Assembly (NCBI GenBank): GCA_963796685.1
Contig: CAWCMR010000013.1
Coordinates: 480,001-544,000 of the forward strand
Length of the DNA: 64,000 nt
Direction of reading: 5' to 3'
Source of the DNA: an uncultured delta proteobacterium
GTDB taxonomy: Bacteria > Myxococcota_A > Polyangia > Fen-1088
Position 1 is the stretch's first letter, and each line of letters begins with the position of its first letter. The position numbers and the translations under genes were made by a program. The notes below the pieces were generated by a model. That model made no database searches, had not been told where the DNA came from, and saw only the letters and a list, made by a program, of their open reading frames with translations. Positions 57,106-64,000 of this stretch are shown here, piece by piece.

Positions 57106-58200
57106 CTATGGATTGATGCGGCCGATGTTGTTGCCAACTTGTTCGGTGAACCACAGGTTGCCATCCGGGCCGACCGCGATGCCGGCCGGGCCGCTGCCCG
57201 GCGTGGGAATGGGAAATTCGCTGATTTCCCCCGCGGGCGTGATGCGGCCGATATTGTTGCCCGCGTCCTCGGTGAACCAAAGATTGCCGTCGGGACCGAC
57301 CACGATATCGACGGGATAGCTGCTTGGGGTCGGGATGGGGAACTCGCTGATCGCGCCGCCGAGTGTGATGCGGCCGATCCGGCTGCCAGCGTATTCGGCG
57401 AACCACATGGCGCCGTCGGGACCGACGGTGATGCCCCAGGGTTGGCTGTCGGGATCGGGCAACGCGAACAGGGTGGCGCGTCCGTCGAGGCAGAGCTTGC
57501 AGATGTTGCCGGTGGCGTTGCCCGACAGCCAAAGACACCCATCCGGCCCTGACGTGATACCGACCCATACGGCGTCGAGGCCGCAGGAAAGCACCGTGGT
57601 GATTCCAACCGTGGTGACGCGGGCGATGTAGTCGCCAAGATAGCCCGTGAACCAGGGAGCGCCATCCGCCCCTACGGCCACCCCCTTGGGCAGACTGGAG
57701 TCACCGAAGAGCGCGAGCTCGGTGACGACGCCCTTGGTGGTGATATAGCCAACCCGGTGTGCGAGCACCTCGGCGAACCAGAGGTTGCCGTCCAAGCCCG
57801 CGGCGATGCCGAAGAGACCGGCGTTGTTCGTCGGCACGGCAAACTCGCTGATCGCGCCCGCGGTCGTGATGCGACCGATCCTGTCGGCGTTGTACTCGGT
57901 GAACCACAGGTTGCCGTCGGGGCCGGCGACGATGACGCGCGGCTGGCTGACGATGCTGGGAATGGCGAATTCGCTTATGACGTGAGCCACGGTGCCGACG
58001 CTCCCCGCGGTGCCGCCTGCCGCACCTCCGTCGGGGTTGCCTCCAATCGTGCCCCCTCCAGCGCCGCCTGCAGCGCCCCCGCCTGTGCCAGTGCCCGTCT
58101 GGAGTCCCTCATCGCCGGCCGGTGCACGCAGCATGGCCGAACGGCCGCAAGCGGTGGTCGCCGCCAGCAAGGCTGCCAAGGTCGCGAATCGTCCCCCCAT
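57106..58200 (-). CDS. Vgb (virginiamycin B lyase)-like beta-propeller lipoprotein
   Basis: TTAC lipobox; Gly linker; 7 repeats of I..GPDGNLWFTE...IGRIT. Confidence 0.85.
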   Translation of the reverse strand: MGGRFATLAALLAATTACGRSAMLRAPAGDEGLQTGTGTGGGAAGGAGGGTIGGNPDGGAAGGTAGSVGTVAHVISEFAIPSIVSQPRVIVAGPDGNLWFTEYNADRIGRITTAGAISEFAVPTNNAGLFGIAAGLDGNLWFAEVLAHRVGYITTKGVVTELALFGDSSLPKGVAVGADGAPWFTGYLGDYIARVTTVGITTVLSCGLDAVWVGITSGPDGCLWLSGNATGNICKLCLDGRATLFALPDPDSQPWGITVGPDGAMWFAEYAGSRIGRITLGGAISEFPIPTPSSYPVDIVVGPDGNLWFTEDAGNNIGRITPAGEISEFPIPTPGSGPAGIAVGPDGNLWFTEQVGNNIGRINP

Positions 58201-58301
58201 CGTTCGTCTCGGTTTTGCCCACCATACAAGGCCTACGGTTCCGGGCAAGCGGGCCGAGCATCTTCATCCCTGGTGGGGAAAGAGCGGCCTCCACCTCGAA
58301 T

Positions 58302-59042
58302 CTAGCGCCGGCCGCCGATGTGCCCGCCGCCGAAGCCGTGACCACCGCCGCCGAAGCTGTGCCCGCCACCGCCGAAGCCGGCGCCCGTGCCTCCACGATA
58401 GCCGCCCGCGCTACCGGCCGGAGCGCTGTGGTACATGCCACCGCGTGGCCCGGCTGCCCCACGCCCGACATAGGAGCCGGCGCGACCACCGAAACGCGGT
58501 CCCCCGTAACCTCCTCCGCCGCCGCGGTAGCCGCCCCAACCATAGCCGCCACGAACGAGCCCATGGTACCAGCCGTAGTGCCAAGGCCCACCAAGGCCGA
58601 AGTACGGATACGGCCCCCAGCCCCAGAGCCAGGGCGAAGCCAGCCACATCCATCCGTACGAGGGATAGTAAACATAGGAATAGGGATACGGGTCGTAGGC
58701 CGTGCCTTCGTAGGCGTACTGGTCGCCATAGGGCATGTAGACCCAGCCGTATTGACTCGTGTACACCCATTGCCCGCTGGTGGCCTGCGCCTGCACCTCC
58801 GGCGCCTGGGGCTGCTGCATCTGCTGATCCTGGGCTTCTACCGGCGGGGCTGGTGGCTGCGCTGGCGGGGCAGGCGGAAGGTCGGTTGGTGCCGCGCTTG
58901 GCGGCTGCACCGGCTCGGGCATCTGCGCCGCCTGTGCATTGTCATAGCCTGGAGCCTCTCCGCCCTGCTGGGCGCGAGCGACCGTGGCAACGACCAACGA
59001 GAAGCTCAGCGAGAAACAAGTGATGATGAACAGACGTTTCAT
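58302..59042 (-). CDS. Secreted Pro/Gln- and Gly/Tyr/Trp-rich protein
   Basis: GGAGG RBS; signal peptide ARA-Q; GQWVYTSQYGWVYMP aromatic domain; Gly-rich tail. Confidence 0.7.
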   Translation of the reverse strand: MKRLFIITCFSLSFSLVVATVARAQQGGEAPGYDNAQAAQMPEPVQPPSAAPTDLPPAPPAQPPAPPVEAQDQQMQQPQAPEVQAQATSGQWVYTSQYGWVYMPYGDQYAYEGTAYDPYPYSYVYYPSYGWMWLASPWLWGWGPYPYFGLGGPWHYGWYHGLVRGGYGWGGYRGGGGGYGGPRFGGRAGSYVGRGAAGPRGGMYHSAPAGSAGGYRGGTGAGFGGGGHSFGGGGHGFGGGHIGGRR

Positions 59043-59185
59043 GATGCCACCTCCGGCTTGTAGGTTGGACGGCCGGAACCTGAAAACAATTCTACGCCCT
59101 GCGGACGCGGGAGCCCACTGCAAGGATCGAGAGATGCGAGAGTTGCCGCCCGTGGGCGTCGCTTGGCGCTATAACGAGCCACGCG

Positions 59186-60436
59186 ATGGCTCTCCGCCCG
59201 CCCGTGGCCCTCCCCATTCTGTCCCCCGATGTGCGCCTCCTGTTTGCGACGCGCATCGTTCGCCTTTTCGCCTATGGGCTGGTCTCGGTCGTGCTGGTTC
59301 TGCATCTGACGGCAGCAGGCCTGTCCGAAGGTCAGATCGGTCTCCTGCTGACCTTGACGCTGCTCGGGGACGCCGGAATCTCGCTCTGGATCACGACCCG
59401 CGCCGACCGGGCCGGACGCCGTCGCATGTTACTACTCGGCGCGGCACTCATGGTCGTGGCCGGCGCCCTGTTCGCCAGCACGCGATCCTTCTTTCTGCTC
59501 CTGCTCGCCGCCACCTTCGGAGTCATCAGTCCGAGCGGCAACGAGGTCGGACCCTTCCTCGCCGTCGAGCAGGCCGCGCTCGCCCAGGCCATACCAGCCG
59601 AGCGGCGCACCGGCGTCTTTGCCTGGTACAACCTGGTCGGCTCGCTGGCCACCGCGGTCGGCAGCCTGTGCGGCGGGACGCTGGCCGACGGCCTGCAAAG
59701 AGACGGGGTCAGCCAGCTCGGCAGTTATCGCACCATCGCCACCGGCTACGCTGTTTTGGGCCTGGGTCTGGCCGTGCTGTTCATGCGGCTCTCCCCCTGC
59801 GCCGAGGTGCCCAAACCGGCCCGCAGCGAACCACCCGCCACACGCCCGAGATTTCACCTTGGCCTCAAAACCTCACGCAACAAGGTCTTCAAGCTCTCGG
59901 GGCTATTCACCATCGACTCGTTCGCCGGGGGCTTCGTGGTCCAGGCCTTCGTCGCTTACTGGTTCCAGCAACGCTTCGGTGTCTCGCCTGCCCTACTCGG
60001 CGCCATCTTCTTTGGCGCCAATCTGCTTGCCGGGCTGTCCGCCCTCATGGCCTCGCGGGTTGCGCGCCGGATCGGCCTGCTGGCCACCATGGTGGCCACG
60101 CACCTTCCGTCGAACGTGCTGCTGTTTCTGGTTCCTCTCATGCCCAGCCTGCCGCTGGCCATCGCGGTCCTGCTTCTACGCTTCAGCATCTCCCAGATGG
60201 ACGTGCCCACCCGGCAGGCCTACACCATGGCGCTGGTGCCGGCGGACGAACGCTCCGCCGCTGCCGGCGTGACAGGTATCGCCCGCACCATCGGGGCCTC
60301 GCTTTCACCGCTCCTGGCGGGACCTCTCTACGCCTCCGTTGCCTTGGCCGGCCTGCCCTTCTTGTTTGCCGGCGGGCTGAAGATCCTCTACGACCTGCTG
60401 ATTTGGCGGACGTTCAGAAAAGTCAAGATCGAGTAG
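59186..60436 (+). CDS. MFS transporter
   Basis: About 12 TMs; ADRAGRRR motif A; SQMDVPTRQAY. Confidence 0.9.
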   Translation: MALRPPVALPILSPDVRLLFATRIVRLFAYGLVSVVLVLHLTAAGLSEGQIGLLLTLTLLGDAGISLWITTRADRAGRRRMLLLGAALMVVAGALFASTRSFFLLLLAATFGVISPSGNEVGPFLAVEQAALAQAIPAERRTGVFAWYNLVGSLATAVGSLCGGTLADGLQRDGVSQLGSYRTIATGYAVLGLGLAVLFMRLSPCAEVPKPARSEPPATRPRFHLGLKTSRNKVFKLSGLFTIDSFAGGFVVQAFVAYWFQQRFGVSPALLGAIFFGANLLAGLSALMASRVARRIGLLATMVATHLPSNVLLFLVPLMPSLPLAIAVLLLRFSISQMDVPTRQAYTMALVPADERSAAAGVTGIARTIGASLSPLLAGPLYASVALAGLPFLFAGGLKILYDLLIWRTFRKVKIE

Positions 60437-60488
60437 AGCGGCTCTCACGCCGAAAACACGACGTGAGAACCGTTCGAGTCATCTATTA

Positions 60489-61928
60489 TCAGTGCAAGCT
60501 TGGGTTGGCGTTTTGGGCCAGCTGGAGCGCCTGGGCCGCGAACCAATCCCCGGCCGCCGGGTCCACCATGCCCCACAGCGGATCGAAGTGGTTCTCCGCG
60601 TCGCCGCTCAGCGCCCAAGGATTGTACGCAGTGAAGTCCCAAGCCCGAGCACCCCCGGCGATATCACAGCTGCCGTCGGATTCCCCAGGGACCTTCACCC
60701 AGAGATAGGCATCGAGAAGCGCAACGCCGGTGTTGGCCGAAGGCGGCAGCCCAGCGCCTGCACCGAATGCATTGCACCAATTGCCGGAATCGAGCCCGCT
60801 GATGACGGATGCAGACTGGTTGTAGGGTGCGAGAGCGTAAGGTGCCGCGTCGAGCGGTCCTTGCCCGTTACGACCGGTATCGATGACGAAATGGGTCGTC
60901 GCCACTGCGCTTCCCATGAACGACTGGATTCCCGCCGTCACCGTCGCTGCATAATCCGGCCTGTAGTTGACCTGGGTGTAGTTCGTCGCCGGATCGTATT
61001 GACTCGGCAGCCAGTCGAAATGGAAATTGCCAGCGGCATCGAAGGCCCAGGAGGGCGCCCCCGAAGGCGCCGCGATGGCGTCCGACACCCAGGTGCCGAA
61101 CTGAATGTTGTCGCTGGTCAGTTGGTAATTCGAGACATTGAGGAAGAAACCTTGCGCACGCGCCACACCTGCCTTGGTCAGACGGTAGGCGGCCTCTCCT
61201 ACCCCCAGCCAGGCACTGTGCCCCGAATCAAGATAGACCGCCGCCTGGGGCGCGTGCTTCTCGATGCTGTCGACCGCATAGTTGATCTGCGCGTAGCGTT
61301 CCGCGGGGCTTGCCCCGGGTGCGGGGACGATGTTGCCGGAAGAATCCGTCACGGTGGGTTGGCACCAATCCGCGGCTCCGTTGATCGTCGTGTTGTAGGG
61401 AATGATACCGAGGCCATCCGGCTCGATAATGACCACCGCCTTGTCCTTGCCGATGCCTTTCGCAAAGCCGTCGATCCAGGCTTCGTACGCGGCCGTATCC
61501 ACGGCACCCCCTGCCGAATATTGCGAACAATCACGGTAAGGCACGTTGTAGGCGACCAACACAGGAACACGATGCCCGCAGTCGGCCGCGTCCATGGTTT
61601 TGCGAACGGCCTTGGTCACTTCGGCCGGTGTACCGTCTGTGAACCAGACCGCGTGGGGAGTGTCGATCAGCGCCGTCAACTTGCGCGCATCGTTGCGATC
61701 CCTGGCCTTGAGCAGCGCCCGCGCCTGCGCCAGCGCCGCATCATCCGGATCAGGTGCGTAGAACTCCGTGCGTGGGCTGAGGCTTCGGCTCATCGAGGCT
61801 TGATGCAATACCTGACTCTGCCTCTGCACGGTCCCGGGATCGTCGGCCGCCTGCATTTCACTGTCGCATCCGAGCACCCCGAGCGAGATGCCGAGGACCA
61901 TCATTCCTGTCGTCGCTTGTATTCTCAT
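60489..61928 (-). CDS. Glycoside hydrolase family 6 (endoglucanase-type) lipoprotein
   Basis: LGC lipobox; YNVPYRDC, IEPDG, YLDSGHSAW, NVSNY, IDTGRNG, WVKVPGESDG. Confidence 0.9.
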   Translation of the reverse strand: MRIQATTGMMVLGISLGVLGCDSEMQAADDPGTVQRQSQVLHQASMSRSLSPRTEFYAPDPDDAALAQARALLKARDRNDARKLTALIDTPHAVWFTDGTPAEVTKAVRKTMDAADCGHRVPVLVAYNVPYRDCSQYSAGGAVDTAAYEAWIDGFAKGIGKDKAVVIIEPDGLGIIPYNTTINGAADWCQPTVTDSSGNIVPAPGASPAERYAQINYAVDSIEKHAPQAAVYLDSGHSAWLGVGEAAYRLTKAGVARAQGFFLNVSNYQLTSDNIQFGTWVSDAIAAPSGAPSWAFDAAGNFHFDWLPSQYDPATNYTQVNYRPDYAATVTAGIQSFMGSAVATTHFVIDTGRNGQGPLDAAPYALAPYNQSASVISGLDSGNWCNAFGAGAGLPPSANTGVALLDAYLWVKVPGESDGSCDIAGGARAWDFTAYNPWALSGDAENHFDPLWGMVDPAAGDWFAAQALQLAQNANPSLH

Positions 61929-62325
61929 TGCTATGTCCTTTCTATCCTTCTATTTGAAAGACGAGCTCCCGTGCGACGTGAATGAATCACGATTGAGGGG
62001 AGCGCAGACGCTGACGAAACAGCTGAATCTTCATCTGGCTTCCCTGCGATCCCAGCCACGGAGCATTGGGAGTTCGTCCGTCCTGACTACTGCCTGGGTC
62101 CAGCAATCGCTGGGCCAGGATGGGGATTGAACTTTCAAGAAAACTCCGGGGAACCGCCCGGGTGATCCGTCGTAATAGCGTAGTTCCTCGAGCCGCGAAC
62201 TCGTCGTGGACGTCCGGCCGATCTCCAGCGGCAGGAACGCTAGCACGAATGCCTCAGAATCTGCCAACGGTCGGCATGTAAACTCTTTGTAACAACTTCG
62301 CCCTTGTCGCCCCGGCAGCACTTCT

Positions 62326-64000
62326 TCAATAGAAGGCGACATTGCTGACCGTGAAGTCAGCCGAGCACCCTGGACCGCCACTTTGCGCGTTCAGCTGCCA
62401 TTGCACGGTCAGAATCGTCGACGGGTCGACCTCGGTTGCCGGGCTACCACTCGCCATGGTTGCGAAAGGAACCTTGAACGTCGTGGTAGCGGATCCGGCA
62501 TCCAGGACCGAAGGTGGCGTCACCGCTGCCATCGGCGGGTAGCAATTCGAGTCGCTGGCGAAAGGACAACTGCCGCGGCCCGGCACGTCCGTCGAGGTCG
62601 AGTCGCCGCTAAAGTTCGCGCCGACCGCCAGGGCACATCCGCCGAGGTCGCCCGAGAAGTCGAACTGCACGCCAGCGAAGGACGATCCATCAATGCAGGC
62701 CGTGCCATTGAAAAAGAGCCCGGCGCCCATCCAGTTTTGGCTGACCGGCGGAACGAAGGTGCCAGCGATCGTGAGACCGTTTCCGTCGGACGTTACCGTG
62801 ACGGTCGGCGTGGTCTGTCCGTTCGAGCCGTACGTGTACGATTGCCACTGGTACGGCGGGGTGCCGAACAACAAGACGTTCCCAGAGGCGGCGCCCATCG
62901 TCGTAATCGCCGGGCTTGGAAGCGTAACCTTCGGGCAGATGAAGGAAGCATCGGCCGAGCAAGCGTTGGTCAACTGGGGAAGGCCAGCGTCCGTCGCTAC
63001 GTTCGCGCCTGGTGCGAGCGGCATCGGCCCCTGACCGGCCTGATGCTGCTGCTCGCTGAAAGTCCACGCCAGGGTGGCGCCGATGTCCGGGATCTCCACC
63101 GCCGAGATCGACAGCCCAGGCACGGTGTAGGTGGCCGGTGATGGTGCCGTCGTCAGTCCCGTTACCTGAAGCGACAGTGGCGCAGAGAGTGTGCTCCAGT
63201 TGACGACGATGACGTCGGTCCCGTCGTCGGTCAGGTTGCGGCTGGCGTAGGCACGGATGTTCGGCGGTGACTGCGCGATATCCAGGAGCGTTGGGCCGAA
63301 GTGATCGGCATAGAGCTGATAGGCGTAGTATTCCGGACTGGGGGTGTGCAGAGGGGGCGGCCCAACCAACCCGAATGCCCAAAGGTCGTTGTCGCCGATA
63401 TCCCAAATTGCCGAGGTCCAAAGATCATTTTGGACCGCCGTTCCCACCCCATCCGCCAGCCACAGCGCCGAGCCGATGGTGCGCGGCGATGCGCCGAGCT
63501 GGCAGGCTGTCGCGTCGTAGACGATGTTCATTTCCGTGAGCGCGAGCGGCTTGTCACCGTACCCCACTGCCTGCATAAGCGCCCGCACCGATGCGAGGGT
63601 ATTGGCGAATCTCGTCGCATCGCCCGTTGCGGCCTCGAGTGTCGCTTGCTTGGCGTTGAACGGATAGCGGTGGATGGAGACGATGTCGAAGAGATCGCCG
63701 CAGCCCTGGAGAATCGGAGTTAGCCAATCATTGCCGAGGATGTAGTGCCAGGACAGATCGGGTCCGACGATCTCGATCGTCCCATCGACTGCCTTCATGG
63801 CCGTCACGTAGGCCCGCACCGAGGCGCAGTAATCGGTGGGCCGGTAGCCAGGGATAGCGGGCTTCGCCGAGTCGGTCAGCGAGCCCTGCGTCGCGTACAG
63901 GTCGGGCTCATTGCCGATGGAGAAATACTTGATGCCGTAGCCCTTCGTGACGTTGGCATAGCTGACCATGGCGGCGGCGGTCGACGGTGTCGGAGGGTTG
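62326..64000 (-). CDS. Clan GH-A glycoside hydrolase (GH44/GH51/GH79-like) with C-terminal CBM-like domain, 5' partial
   Basis: YFSIGNEPD acid/base and LALTEMN nucleophile-type motifs; frame open to the window edge. Confidence 0.7.
   Translation of the reverse strand, partial: NPPTPSTAAAMVSYANVTKGYGIKYFSIGNEPDLYATQGSLTDSAKPAIPGYRPTDYCASVRAYVTAMKAVDGTIEIVGPDLSWHYILGNDWLTPILQGCGDLFDIVSIHRYPFNAKQATLEAATGDATRFANTLASVRALMQAVGYGDKPLALTEMNIVYDATACQLGASPRTIGSALWLADGVGTAVQNDLWTSAIWDIGDNDLWAFGLVGPPPLHTPSPEYYAYQLYADHFGPTLLDIAQSPPNIRAYASRNLTDDGTDVIVVNWSTLSAPLSLQVTGLTTAPSPATYTVPGLSISAVEIPDIGATLAWTFSEQQHQAGQGPMPLAPGANVATDAGLPQLTNACSADASFICPKVTLPSPAITTMGAASGNVLLFGTPPYQWQSYTYGSNGQTTPTVTVTSDGNGLTIAGTFVPPVSQNWMGAGLFFNGTACIDGSSFAGVQFDFSGDLGGCALAVGANFSGDSTSTDVPGRGSCPFASDSNCYPPMAAVTPPSVLDAGSATTTFKVPFATMASGSPATEVDPSTILTVQWQLNAQSGGPGCSADFTVSNVAFY

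Noticed and set aside
57106-58200. Streptogramin-resistance lyase (vgb)
   Set aside because: A lipoprotein with a Gly linker and generic propeller repeats; catalytic residues not verifiable, so no resistance call

Overview
High-GC bacterial chromosomal DNA, most likely from an uncultured Myxococcota (Polyangia/Haliangiales-like). The inference rests on a triple bactofilin cluster, an ftsB-dmxA-like diguanylate cyclase pair, an MXAN_5187-family gene, and many Cys-rich or 'DAG'-linker lipoproteins. The window mixes housekeeping genes (purF, family-4 UDG, coaBC, prkA, aroA, tyrA, nadD, namZ, hrpB, ihfB, thyX, accA) with c-di-GMP and two-component signalling, transporters, and a block of secreted/lipoprotein genes (5-heme cytochrome, metallophosphoesterase, two GH6 cellulases, a clan-A glycoside hydrolase). 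I found no rRNA, tRNA, CRISPR array, prophage or transposase. At least seven genes carry single-base frameshifts that look like long-read assembly errors. Most notable: (1) a set of small non-autonomous palindromic elements, one family of which sits in-frame inside the coaBC linker and also as an intact intergenic copy, plus a CTAG-flanked MITE, a five-hairpin cassette and possible CTAG footprints; (2) a recurring unannotated Cys-motif/C-terminal-GxF protein family encoded next to lipoprotein or envelope genes; (3) a beads-on-a-string multiheme lipoprotein; (4) a translationally coupled SDR + steroid 5-alpha-reductase pair.
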